NCBI GenBank assembly: GCA_043228905.1
Contig: JBHGNT010000018.1
Location: 17,236,001-17,300,000 of the forward strand
Origin: Azolla caroliniana
Taxonomy: Eukaryota > Plantae > Polypodiophyta
DNA length: 64,000 bases
Direction of reading: 5' to 3'
The notes beneath the pieces are model-generated. The model was not told where the DNA came from, searched no databases, and saw nothing but the letters and a program-made list of their open reading frames with translations. Shown piece by piece: positions 1-13,549 of this stretch. Every line of letters starts with the position of its first letter. The first letter of the stretch is position 1. Both the position numbers and the translations under genes were made by a program.

Positions 1-429
1 TCCAACATAGGAGATACAATGTGTACAAGAGTACATGGACTTGCTTCAATGAGAAGCACAATAATACAAACCAATGAGCATGGTCTAGGGTTTGACCAAC
101 TCAATGAGTGGACTTTCCGAACTCAAACTAAGGTTGTCAAATGACAAAGAATATCACAATCAACAAGACCAAATTGATGCCATAAGAGCACATTTTGAGA
201 GTGATAACACTAGCCTCACACTACCCATAACGATGAATGACACTATGATGTATCCTATAACAATCATTGACTATGATTTTTGGCAAAGGGGGGTCAGCCC
301 TAATATTCTCCCTCTGGATGTCAAACTACATATGGTAGATGGTTCTATCCAAAGAACAAAAGGCATGGTGGCGAACCAAAATTTCTAGGTGTACAAGATA
401 GAATTCTACTTGACTTTCGTAGACACAAG

Positions 430-2330
430 GTTAGAAAACTTTTAGTAATGTAGCAACGTCGCTCCACTCATCTTAGGTCTTAAGCTTACCTTGCCATATT
501 AGATTGGGGCAATATTGATCTTGCCTCACCTTAACCATTGAAAGTCGCTATGAGGTGTTTGAAGGGTTTGAGGCACATAATTGTAAATTGTCCCCATAGT
601 CTAAACTATCAAGTAAATCGAATTGTCAGTATTGATAAATATGATGACGAAAAACAACGACATCAAGCAAATTGCTTGTGCTTATATTGTGTTGGTCTCG
701 AGCATACAGTTGTAAATTATCCCCATAGACCAAACCATTAAGTAAATCGAATTGTCACTAATGATAAACCTGACTCTAGTTCATTAGAGATAACTAATAG
801 TCCTAGTAACCCAAGTAATTAGACGAGGTAATGATTCTAGCCAAAATTGGAGCCATTTGGTTGGACAACTTAAGATCCCTAAAGCATGTCCCTTGCCCTA
901 GTTCCATTTGATCCAAACAATTCAACAATTTTTTCCCTATTCAAGTAGAAATTAGTACATCTAGTTCTCATCAAGTTCATGTACTTAGCTCTCTTAGGTA
1001 GCATAGCATTTGTTGTTTCATGGATAGAATTTTTTCTTTGTTGCATAGGATATCCTTCATAAATTTTAATGTGCAACTTCCGTAGTAATCGATGGTTGCA
1101 CTATTACTTCTGTAACTTGCAAGTGTAATCTCTTCCAATATAATTAGTAGCCATGAACATCTGATTGTCCGTTTTTTTGTCTTGGTTTGAGCTTCATAAT
1201 CCCGAAATTGACTAGAAAAATGGAAATTTTAAGAGATGACAACCAAATAATCAAGAGTTTCAACTTTCTAATACTATGTAGTGAAAGGATCAACGTCACA
1301 AATTTTCAACTATCTCTACGCATGGAAGAACACAAGGATGACATGTTTTAGTTTATAGTGGTAGTGAGACTTTGTAATAACTCTCAAGTTACCTCAGAAG
1401 TCCAACTTCCAAATAAGTATTAAGAATTCATAGACGTATTTGACAAAGTCCAAAGCTAGCACATTGCCAAAATGTCAGCCTTGTGATTGTCCTATTGATC
1501 TACTATCTGGAAACGAGCCACTATGGAGGCCATTCTATAATATGTCATCTTCCGAGCTAGAGGTTTGGTAGAGGTTCTACGAACATACATTGATGTGAAT
1601 ATGGAAAATAGTTTCATGCAACACTCAAAATCCCAGGAAACTACACCAATTTGCTTTGTCAAGAAAAAAGTTGGATCTCCTCAATTAATTGTAGATTATC
1701 GTGGTTTGAATAAGGCTACTATACACAACAAAAATGCTCTATCTTTTATCTCTAGTCTCTCAGAATGTCTTACTGAAGCTAAGTGTTTCACCAAGATCAA
1801 TCTATGGAGTGCATTTAACTTTGTTTGGATTCGTCCCAGTGATGAGTGAAAAATGGCTTTCCAAAGTCGATAAGGCCATTTTGAATACACAATCAAGTCA
1901 TTTGGCATTACAAATGCATCAGTAGTATATCAACAAATGACAAATGACATTTTTCAAGATTTTCTAAACATCTTCTTAGTCATCTACCTAGATGATATCT
2001 TGGTCTATTCCAAAACACAATAGAAATATGATGTCCATGTTTGTCAAGTGCTATGACGACTTCATGAATATGGTCTTTACGCAAAATTAGAGAAGTGTTG
2101 TTTTGAATGCAACCAACTAGAGTTGTTGGGTTATGTCAATTCATCTAATGGAATCTTGATTTGTATCCAACTAAAGTTCAAACCGAGTTGGATTGGAAAA
2201 AAATCTCCATTTTCTATGTGACATGTCCAATGTTTTTAGGATTTGCGAATTTTGATCTCAAAGTCATCAAGAATTATGCAAGTATTGTTTCTTTCTCATA
2301 TAACGTTGTCGTGATGTTGCGTGTCCAATG
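430..2330 (+). pseudogene. Highly degenerate Ty3/gypsy (chromovirus/Tcn1-like) gag-pol remnant
   Basis: Gag zinc-knuckle-like CLYCxGxxH at ~660-730. RT fragments 'ICFVKKK...VDYRGLNK' (ORF 1565-1849) and atctacctagatgat (YLDD) at ~1985. Many stops and frameshifts; no LTRs identified. Confidence 0.7.
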
Positions 2331-2779
2331 GGAGAAATTGTGAATTAGTGTAGTTCCACGCACATTACACAAACAATTATAAATATGAAAATTATCCTAG
2401 GGCCTAGTGGCATTCGAGTGCATATAGAGGGGTGCAAGCAAGATTTGAACCTTCCACCTCCAAGGTTGAAGACATTTATCTTACCATTAGGGCTACTAGC
2501 AAGTACTTTAAATGTTATGTATTTGTTTTCATATTCAAAAGGCATAGGAAAACAACCGTACAAAACCGCGTGCACAAAACCATGTTCCAAGCCCATGGTT
2601 TTGTGCATGCCACAAGAAAAACGTGTGCCCAAAAACCATGATTAAGAAAGACGTAGAGAAATATGAGGTGATCATAATAAAATGATGAACATAAATGCTA
2701 CATATGACTCAAAATAAAAACGTCTAATGATTTGCCCACTTTTGTAGTTGGATATTACATTCCTTGTCAAGATTCTAAC

Positions 2780-3136
2780 TTTTATGTTTGTTTGGATAAA
2801 GAACAACCTTTTGCCAATCTAGAAGATGATATTGCTTATAGTGATTGTCTTTGGTGACATGAATGCTCGTACAAGAAGTTTTTAACTTGATGCACAACAA
2901 TCTTATTTGCCACAAATCTCAAAGATGTAAGGATATACAAATGTATAGTCGCTCTTCTAGTGATGAAAAAGATCCAAACCAATTTGGGAAGTTAATCCTA
3001 CAAATGTGCAATAGTACCAAATTGCTTATTACAAATGGTATATCCTTATGGCCCAACACTAATAGCTTTTTACATGTAGATAACACAATGAAAATAGTGT
3101 GATTGACCATGTGCTACTTTCGAGGGCATTTTGGAT
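2780..3136 (+). pseudogene. LINE (RTE/RTE-X-like) ORF2 endonuclease remnant, left part; outermost host of nest 1
   Basis: 'VFGDMNART' APE motif at ~2845-2872 and 'FGKLILQMC..LLITNG'. Continues after the TGGAT TSD at 25018. Confidence 0.65.
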
Positions 3137-3617
3137 TGTTAATAATTAGGTAATTAACTAAGGGTTAATTAGTATCTAATTATGTGCGTAGTTAATCACG
3201 TATGTGATTAAGCCATAGAAGATTATGTGATATGTGTATGTATATGTGTGTGAGAGGAAGAGAGAAAGAACACTTAAAACAATAAGACAAGATGGGGGAT
3301 GATTAACACAAGTGTAGCTCAAGGAACTCTTGCTTATATTAAAAAGACATCAACTTAAAAAAATACCCAACATGAGGTATATATACATCTCATGTGCAAA
3401 GGTGCACATGTGTGAGGGAATATGGGTACAAGGATGTAAGTCTGATATTAAATGTACTCGGTAGTGGAGGATCTAGAATGTATCCATTCTTAAGTACAAG
3501 TATAAAATCCTATTTAAGGCTTTGAAGTCAATCACATTAACTAGATTCTATGTGTGTAACTATTAAGTTACACATATGACAAAATAATTGAACCTAATTG
3601 AGATTGATACCTCAAGA
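3137..3617 (-). repeat. 3' LTR of Copia C1
   Basis: Direct repeat of 24541-25017, starting tgttaataattagg. Confidence 0.9.
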
Positions 3618-3699
3618 CGCCCCCTCCAGCTCAAGTGTGAGGCGTTCAACATTTGATTCAACTATAGACGTTGACTCCCGACTACATGTCACCGGTTCC

Positions 3700-6000
3700 T
3701 CCCCCTCAAGCCATTGATGAAGGCTTGGAGCGTGAAGTGGTCGAAGGCCGAGTGCCAACGAAAACTGGTGGAGCTTGTCTGCTCCTAAGGCCTTGGTGAA
3801 GATATCAACCGTCTATTGATCAACACCGACATGTTGAAGGTCAATATCTCCGACAATAATGCGCTCCCGAACATAGTGGTAGTGTACCTCTATATGTTTT
3901 GTTTGGGCATGAAACACTGGATTTTGGGCTAGTTGTATGCTACTCTGATTGACGTAGTAGGTATGTATCAGTTTGGCGATTGATTCATTGAAGTCCTTGA
4001 GTAGCCGCTTCAGCCAAATGGTCTCCTCGGTGGCGATGGTCGCGCCTTTGTACTCTGCTTCGGTGTTGGACAATGCAACCGTTGGTTGCTCTTGCTACTC
4101 CAAGAGATTCCTCCGCTTCCGAGTGAGAAGGCGAAGCCGGATGTTGACCGTTGATTGGATACACTGTCAGCCCAATCGGCATCTGTGTATCCTTCTAGCC
4201 GAATTGTCGCTCCTATCTTATAGAAGAATCCTCAATCCATGGTTCCATTAACATATCGTAGGGCTCACTTAGCACAATGCAAATGTGCAAGGTGTTTGCA
4301 TAAAATGACAAAGGAAGCTCAGATCGGGTCAAGTGATAGCTAGATAGATGGCAGTCCCTATGGTTTGCCGATACTGACTCGGCTCACATGGTGTGCCGGA
4401 TACCATCACTAGTATGGATGACCTCGATGCCCAGGAACTAATGAAGTTCGTGCATGTCTTTCATTTCGAACTTTCCAGAGAGGAGCATCTTGACCTTGTT
4501 GATGTTGGCTAGGTGTTCACCATCGATCACTAAGTCGTCGATATATATGATGATGAAGATCAGACCACTTGAGTTGCTTCAGATAAATAACAAATTTTCA
4601 GACTTCGACATCCGAAAAGCCGATTCAATGTAGAGACAACGTTATCTTTGAATACCAAGCCTGTGGCGCTTGTTTGAGTCCATAGAAGGGTTTCTTGAGT
4701 CGGCATACAACATTCGGATGTGATTTCCACTTGTAGCCGGGTGGTTGTACCATGTACACGTCCTCCTCTAGCTCTCCTTGGAGGAGCGCATTTTTCATGT
4801 CCATTTGGTGGAGGTACCACCCTTTTGCCACATCGAATGCTAGGACCGTCCGAATCATGGTCATCTTTGCCACCGGGGAAAATTTTCCCTCATTATCAAT
4901 CCCCTGGGTCTGAGCATTGCCCTTTGCTACAAATTGGGCCTTGTATCAGTTGATGGAGCCATCAACGTTGTGCGTTATCTTGTATATCCATCGGCAACCG
5001 ATCACCTTCTTGTGCAGTGGAGATGCTACAAGATTCCAAGTCTCATTGTCAACCAGTGCTTGCATTTCTTCGTCCATGGCTTCAACCCATCAAGGGTCAC
5101 GAGCCGCTTTCGAAAAGCTTTCAGAATCGTGTTTGGCAGCTACCTTCATCATGAAGGCATAGGGGTGTGCCATATACTCATTGTAGTAGAATCGAGTAAT
5201 TGGATTCTTCTCTCTGGTCAAGCATCGAAGTCCTTCTTTACGTCGTGGGTCCACATAATGGGCAGTCCGAACTCACTATCTAGAGAGTGATTCAACACAT
5301 CCGAATCACTTTCGTCGAGGTGGTCGATTTCATATTCGGGCATCTTACCTTTGTCTTTGTCCAACCTAGCTAATAGTTGTGTTGTGCTCCAGTTGCTCGA
5401 CTACTCCGATGGTCCACGCATAATGGTTGAGCTTGGACTAGCAGGTATAGGTCTCAACTGAATGTCGTCATCTAAGATGATGTCCCACTCTTCCTTAGTC
5501 AGGTCAGACAAAGTCGAATCGGGTTTATACCAAGTTGATGACTTGTCGAAGATAACATCCCGACTTACCCGAACCGAATGGGTAGAAGGGGAGAAGCACT
5601 TGTATCTCTTTTGTTCGGATGAATATCCCACGAAAATGCACTTTTCAAACTCCGGGTCGAGCTTCTGTCCTTTTTCGGTCGGGAAGTGACCATACAGAAT
5701 ACTTCCGAAGACCCGCAGATGCGACAAAGTCGGCTTCTTTCCAGCATACACCTCGTGTGGAGTTAGTTCGTTTGCTCCTATAGTTGTGCATCGATTCATA
5801 ATGTAGACGACCATGGATGCCGCTTCCGCCCAATAGTATTTTGGCATGTGCTTCTCATGCAACATGGCACATGCTACCTTGAGTATGTGCCAATTCTTTC
5901 TTTTGGCTACACCATTTTGTTGGGGTGTGTCGGCATGAAAATTTTCGTTGTATGCCTTTCACCTTGGAGATAGGAGATGAATTTGTTAGGGGAAATACTC
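3700..6000 (-). pseudogene. Copia C1 pol remnant (integrase C-part, RT, RNase H)
   Basis: 'KCIFVGYS', 'HQMDMKNALLQGEL', 'SNTEAEY', 'TKHIEVHYH'; frameshifted. Confidence 0.85.
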
Positions 6001-6419
6001 TGTAAAAGAATACGTGTGTGGAAGCGTTTGTGTAATACACAGAGTACAGTCGGTTAATCTGAAATACGACACTTAGGTAAACACAAAGTGGGAGAGAGAG
6101 CAGACACCAATAATCTTGTATAGAAAAATGTTCTCTTTGTACTCGGTTACAACGAACGTACTCAGAGAGCACTATACATACAAGCCCTTATGAGTGGACT
6201 GACACAAGTACTAACAAGTACTTCAATGCTTATTAACTTAGCCTAGCACTAACTCTGCCTATAATATTCCTATTTACTAAAATAGGAATATAGGCCTCTA
6301 ACAACCAACCAATTCAGCTTTCGGCTTAGCCGATTAAGGTCTAGCCAATCGGTCTCCATCCGATACGGCTCTCGGCTTCTTCATCCGATTCGGCCCGTGT
6401 TGAGCTTGCCCGCTCAACA
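6001..6419 (-). repeat. 3' LTR of Copia C2
   Basis: TG...CA ends; matches 10798-10887 plus 23120-23451. Confidence 0.85.
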
Positions 6420-6949
6420 CTCCCCCTCAAGCTCAACTTGAGGTCTCGCCGTGTCATCACTAGCTGGTACATAGTTCTAACTTCAGCTGGCATCCCGAGA
6501 CCTCGCTCTTGCTCCTCATCTAGTCCGGTCTACAATCACACAACCCCTCTAGTCCAACGCTTTTCAACCTGTCTGGTTCTGCGGACCTCGACCCTTCCAG
6601 TCGGCTTGTCTACTATCCAAGCCCTTGTAAGTTCTCTTATTGTCGCGGTTGTTGATGGGTCGGGGGTGGAGCCAAGATCGGCTCCACCCCCCTCCCAACG
6701 TTGTTCAAATGTGAGGGGAGAGAGAGAGATGCACAGAGAATGAGAGAGAGGGAATCGAGATAGACAGAGTTGAGGGGTAACTTCAATATATTTCTCCCTT
6801 TTTTCATGCCCCATGGGTGGGGTTTAAATAATACAAGATCTCATCATTACAAGAATCCGAGTGGGGGTAGTTACACCTACTTACCCCACCTAACACTCAC
6901 ACATTAACATTTCATATTCCACATTACAACTAACTCTCCTATACATCTA

Positions 6950-8075
6950 TACGGGTAACACTTGGCACGCCCATGGGATAGTGCATTGCATGTCGAACCC
7001 ACAAGCCCATGCCAAAAACTTGTTGACCGGAAACTCCATCGGTCTTCTCTCGATGGTTAGAAATCCTCGACCAGATCATTGCTCTACAATCGATAACTTT
7101 GATTGAGTTGACTTGACACGAACCTTCTTCTTGTTCTGTCATCATATCACACGATTAGATCATGGGTAGCGGAAAAGGAAAGCTTTTGTAGATCGACATC
7201 GGCGAGGATCTGAAAAATCATTTGAGATCGGGAAACCGGTCCTCCTGTTCCAAACTCAGCTCGAGTCGATGCCAGGGAAACTTCGTTTCCGGTGGATGGG
7301 ACCCTTCTGGATTATCGATGAATTCAATGGAACGTTCCAGCTCGGCACTCTAGTAGGGGAAGTCTTGCAAACTGTGGTCAACGGATTTCGACTAAAGCCA
7401 TACCTAGGCCCGACACCCACCAATTCGATAAACAACACGGTCGAGACTAGCCTGTGGTAGGTAGAATAGAAGATTCCGGGGTCACCTCGCCCAATAACAG
7501 TAATTACCCTACCTACTACCCGAAATTGTATACTATAATTATAAAAAAAAAGAAAAAGAAAAAGAAGACCCACTAACTTTTTAAAGAACATGCACGCCAA
7601 ACGAGAAAAAGAAAGTACAAACGGTTCCTAGGACACATGGTCCTCAACTCCCCGTATGGCAGGGCAGATTCTAAATCTAGGGCACAAGGCCATGTCATGT
7701 GAACCGAGACACATACAAAAAGGGAGGCACCACAGGCGAAGCCCTCTCTTTTGCAAAAACACTCAAAGTATTCAAGCTCTCTCGTCTTCTACTTAGACAC
7801 CCTCTCACTCACAAACCCCCTGCACAGAAGCTCTCTCTCGCTCTCCGTCTCATTACTTCCATCACCACTCTTCTTCTCTTTCTTCCAAAACAACCATGCC
7901 GTTCGAAGTATCCAAGGAGCTTCACCTGGTTAACCAGACATGGCTTTGAAGGTTATCTCTGTGTACTCGACACTGCTCCCCACCCGAAGGCACAGGTAGT
8001 AGGTTGAAGGGTGCATCCCGACACCATCACCAACAACCAGATCTGATCGGTGTTGGGACTACAATGAGGGGGAGA
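6950..8075 (+). mobile_element. Deleted non-chromovirus Gypsy (Tat/Athila-like) fragment
   Basis: '...taaca' followed by PBS-like tggcacgccc at ~6963. Integrase tail 'GKLRFRWMGPF...VNGFRLKPY' (7269-7460). PPT-like gaggggggaga at ~8066. LTR pair not resolved. Confidence 0.5.
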
Positions 8076-8869
8076 TCAGGGAGATTGATACCCTAGTCTA
8101 GGGAGATTTACTATTATTTGTCTGATTGTATGAGAATAGAAATCCGGTCATGAGCTGTGTAACCTTTGCATCTGAATCTATTAATATATGTATCGTTGTG
8201 GGTCTAATCTGTCCAAGCCTCTATCTGTGTTATTTGAAATTGTTGTCTTAATTTCAAGTGCAAACTACAAGGCCGGTTGTGGCTGACTATTTTTTTCGTA
8301 ATTAATTAGTTGTGAAATCCCGGGATCCTTGTCCACCACTACGTACCACGACCCCTTGACCCGATTACCTTAGAAGTAATCAAAGGTGTTACCTCAAGTA
8401 GAGAAAACAATGGTATTGACACCCCTTGACCCGTCAGTTCCTCTGTATCGGTGTCGGCTTCAGTTGCCTCCTTGTCTACTTGGCATTCATGTGACTTGGC
8501 TCTTCCGAATCACTCTTATCGACCGAATCGGTTGTGTTCAATTCGTTCCCAATCTTGTCCGAATTGGTTGTCTCCAATTTGTCCGCCTTTAGGCCCTTGA
8601 ACACATCTAACCACATCTAATCAGGCCTAGTTTCAGGTCAGCCTTGCCCTTCTTGGCTTTGCCACTCTCTTCCCTTTCTTGGCTCTACCTCCCCCTGGTT
8701 CCGATGGCTCTAGCTTCATCTCGTTCTTTCGGTTTTCACTTAACCGATCTTCTTCCGTTTGTCCACACATCCTTCTTCTCCGGAGATACTGGCTTCTTCA
8801 GTTGTTCCGAAATCGATTTCTTCTCACGATTCGGTTTTTCGTCCTTAATCTCACTTGTCCCTCTCGTTC

Positions 8870-10690
8870 TAACTCCTCCCCCTCAAGTTCAAGGTGTTGT
8901 ATGCCAAGCATGACCGAGAATTGTCGCAACTTGTCTAGGCCAAGAGGTTTGGTGAAGATATCGACAACCTGCCGATCTGTCGGATCATATACAAGTTCCA
9001 CTTCATTGGAGAGGACTTGCTCACAAACGAAATGATAGTGCACCTCGATATGCTTTGTCTGGGCATGGAAGACAGGGTTCTTCACTAGTTGGATATTGTT
9101 GAGGTTGTCACATTCGATCTTCTTCAGATCAGTAACCTCCACCCGTAGATCCTTCAGTAGCCTCTTGAGCCATATGGCTTCGCATATAGCGACAACGGCT
9201 CCTTGATACTCAGCCTCAGTGCTCGAAAGTGCGACTATCGGTTGTTTCTTGCTGCTCCAGATGATCGTGGTGCTTCCCAAAGAGAACGCAAACCTTGACG
9301 TGAACCTACGATCACCGGAATTTCCGGCCCAATCGGCATCTGTGTAGCCAACTAATTGTTTGACTACACATGCCCGATATAACAACGCCATGTCCTTCGT
9401 GCCGCTCACATATGACATGATTTGATGCGTGCACTTAAGGTGATTGATGGTCACCTGCGACATGAACTAATTGATCAAACCGACCAGATGGGTTTAGGGT
9501 TTAGGGTGTGGATGGGTGATGGGTGATGAGTGATGGTCAAGTAAATTAGACATTTCTCATCATCCCTTCTAGCCGACATATCTCATTGGGACGTCTCTGA
9601 TATTTTCGATGGGTTGAGGGGTATCATCGCCAGTTTCGAGGACCCTTGGCTGCTTTGGCTTCTCCAGAGTCGAGAACACTCCTTCTAATTCGATGCGCCT
9701 GAATCCACATACCACACCTCGTTCAACCTTGAGGGGTTCACCATCATCAAGTTGGCCTTGTGCTTCATTACGAAGGTTGGGCGCGTTCTGGCTCGCCCTG
9801 AACCTTCAACATAGTGCGATCTCTTACGGCTATCTCTATCCTTTCAGCTCGATCTTGCTCTGTCCAAATCGACGTGCTTCTTCTAGCACTCACTCTCTCT
9901 GTGGTCCTTCCAGACACAATACCAACAGTCCATCGCAACCTTTCCTTGCCGACCTCCGGCGCTACCTTGACTCCCCCTACTCATGGAGGGTTCGGAGTTG
10001 TTGTCGACATTTCGATAATGCCTCGAGTTGTGCTCCTGTCAGCCGCCTCCATTGCATGCCAATCCGCTGTTCTGCCACGACCACGGGGCCTATCCGCCTC
10101 CGTGCATAGCATCTTGTTGTTAGCGTGCATGCTTGTCGATGCACCCATGTGGTTCTCTTCAATGAGAAACATTGATTGTAGGTCGAATAACGAAGGCGTA
10201 TTCTCCCTCATGCAGACCATTCAGAATGATGCAAATCAAGACGCCATCCCACCGAGGCAAACCTGCACCATTTCATCGTCCTTGATAGTTACGTTGATGG
10301 AGGCGAGGGAATCGAAAATCTTATTGATCTAGGCTATGTAATTGGCCATAGACAGATCTTTCTATCGGACATTGTTGAGCTCTTGCCGAAGCTGTCACTT
10401 CATGGCCGTTGTGCTCACAGCAAAAACCCGTTTAAGGTTTGTCGTCTTGGCATCCCGAACGTAGCTCGGTAACTGGTCTCTAACACTAGATGTGAAGCAG
10501 TATGTTACTCTTCTTGGTGCTTGTTCCCAGGACGGAAAGTCCCTATGTGTCGCATTCGGTGCTGCATCATTTGCTCCTTCCGTGTAACTCTAGTATCCAT
10601 GACTGATTAGATATTGGTACATCTTGTATGGCCAAGATGCATAGTTGCTCCTGTTGAGCTTTTCTGTCGAGAGCGAGCTTCCCATACCTT
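8870..10690 (-). pseudogene. Copia C2 internal remnant (gag/protease start and RNase H; integrase and most of RT deleted)
   Basis: 'YTDADWAG...WSSKKQPIVALSSTEAEY' (8798-9463) and gag 'KLNRSNYASW..KMYQYL' (10590-10787). Deletion junction at ~9552. Confidence 0.85.
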
Positions 10691-12735
10691 TGTCCATGTT
10701 CATGTCTTTTCTTTTCCAAAACAAACGAAAGCTTGTCTCTGTCTTGTTCGCTTTGTCGAAAGCAAAGAATTCTTCTAACCCTTGCACTCTAATACCATGT
10801 AAAAGAATATGTGTGCGTATGTGTAAGACATAGAGTACAATCGGTTATTCGGAAATACGACAGTTAGGTAAACACAGAGTGGGAGAGATAGATAGATAGA
10901 TAGATACATTATATTATTGTCTTCGGAGGTCAAATATGACCTATGAGACCAAAAATATTACATTTCACGTGATACGTGTGAAAGTGAGTAGTGACTCTCG
11001 ATGTTCAAGAACTTTACCAATCAATGTTGCAATTAAGAGTGCACATTGTGGTTGTGAGAGGAATTCATGCAAGGATTGGGCTCGGTCAAAGAGATGTGGA
11101 AAGCATGGTCGAATATGATCAAAGGCAGAGCATTGTATCAAAGTGTCATACTCAAATTCGCGAACTTGTTTAGGGCAAAGTGTGCATAGCCAACCACAAC
11201 GCCCTCTCTCACATCACAATGCATGTGAGCTAAGTCGCATGGAAGCAATGGTTCGAATGGTAGATAACGGTATGAGCTCTAACATGTATCGATGTGTATA
11301 GTTTCCCCGTTCCACAAAGAATATGGTTTTGTAGTTAGGTGCAACATGTGTAGTATAATGTGTGAAGTGTGAGCCTCCACATTTGTCCCATGTCATGATA
11401 CATTGGCATTGCAAAAAGGCCTCATTTACAGAGGAATCTAGTGATGCATCATGAATCAAGTGTCTCGCATCCCATCTACCAAACCATTTTTCTATATCTT
11501 GCATCCAACCGGAACACAAAACTTTGCTTTTATGCGTCTTTTGGATATTTTTCACTTGCTTCCATGCAATTCTAGGAAGTCGATGTGAGGGACTTTTTTC
11601 AACCTTAAGCATGTATTCAACAACCATTTCCATGGCCATGATCTCAATGGGAAGCAATTCCGTCTCAAGGAGGAGGGTGTAGGGCGTTTGTTTCTTAACT
11701 TGTAGAAACTTTGTAAGAAAATGCTTTTGGACATTTTCAAAATCTTAACACAAAATTTTGCTTTTATGCGTCTTTTGGATCTTTTTGCTTGCTTCCCATG
11801 CAATTCTAGGAAGTCAATGTGAGGGACTTTTTTCAACCTTAAGCATGTATTCAACAACCCTTTCCATGGCCATGATCTCAATGGGAAGCGATCCTGTCTC
11901 AAGAAGGAGGGTGTAGGGCGTTTGTTTCTTAACTTGTAGAAACTTTGTGAGAAAATGTTTTTGGACATTTTCAAAATCTTTCCACATAGATTTAGGGAGG
12001 CTACCGCCCCATACTTCCACCCCATAGAGAAAAGTGTCCAAAAGATATTTCTTGAGGACCCAACACTTAATATCTCCAAGATTGCATGTGTTCTCTAAGC
12101 GGCGTGTGGCAAATTCATTCCATCTATGTTTTGAAGGAACTTCAAGGCCAAGATATTTGAAGCTTTCCACACATTCAAGTTGCTCATTGTTGTACATAAT
12201 GCATGGTTTATCTCTTTTTTGGCTCTTCACAAGCATAATCTTTGTTTTGCATAAAAACAACATTTTGGCTTATGAAGAATCGAACCCATGACTTCTTGGT
12301 CTATGTGTTGAACCCTTAACCATTGAAATAACATATATGTTGTGTGATTATAATAATTATATTTTTAGTTATTACGAGATATTAGAATATTCTAGAACAT
12401 TCTAGATTATTCTAGAACATCCTTTAATATTTCATGATTATATTTCTTATCATAAAAATCTAAAATATTCTAGAACATTCTAGAATACTCCATAAGGATC
12501 TATAAATAAGTGTCCATCCATTCATTTCAACTCATTCGGTTCAAACTGTCAAGACTCGTGGGTAGGAGATAGAGTGAGAGTGATAGCAATAGCGAAAGAG
12601 AGAGGGTGTGTGTGTATGTGTGTGTGTGTGAGAGAGAGAGTGAGTGAGTGAGTGAGAGAGATAAGACTTGAAATAGAAATGAGATTATATTATGATGAAA
12701 CAAGATTACAATGAGTAGGCTAAGGGCTAAAGATT

Positions 12736-13491
12736 ATAGTTGAAGAGTCTGAACCAATTCATGTAGTCCTAGGTAATTTGGCTAGTATAATCTCATTGAA
12801 CATCATTAATAGTCCAGAGCACTCTCTAGTTCTTGGTCTTCCTTGGTTTCAGCTACATAACCCAACTATTGATTTGAGAAAAAGAACTATTGAAGAGGTC
12901 ACAATACATTCTGAGTCTCTTGAAACTCCAACAAAGGATCTAGGATCGCACAAGATTTCAACAATATCTATACATCAGTTACGAGAGGATGGAAGGAAGG
13001 AAGACATGATGGTGTTTGCGGTTTTAGCAACTCCCTCATCTAGCTCACAAGAATTGGGGGTCCAATTACCAAAGAAGTACATAGAATTCTCTGATTTGTT
13101 CGATACGGTGAAGGCTAATAGATTACTAGAGCATCTACCATATGATTGCCCGATTGATTTGCAGCCAGGAAAAGAGCCTCCATGGGGGCCAATTTATGTC
13201 ATGATATGGCAAGACTCGAACCCATGACCTTATGATATATGGGTTGAGCTCTTAACTATCACACCATCTATTGTAATTTATAGGATATTATTTTCTTTTA
13301 TGTTTTATTATAAGAAATTAATGTATATTCCAGATTTCTCTGGAACATTCTAGAAGCTTCAGGACTACTCCTGAGAGCACTATAAAAGGAGGCACAAGGC
13401 ATTGTTTTGAACCAAATTGGTTCAACGCCAGTCTTAAGCCTCATAGCCATCTTGTACTTACTCTTCCTATAATATATCATCTATTATCATC

Positions 13492-13549
<58 letters not shown>

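Noticed and set aside
92-420. 98-aa ORF as a host gene
   Set aside because: Looks like a decayed retroelement protease-region fragment; too weak to assign.
6660-6945. GC hairpin (ggggtggagcc...ggctccacccc) and a possible solo LTR at 6702-6944
   Set aside because: No matching TSD or second copy in the window; boundaries cannot be supported.
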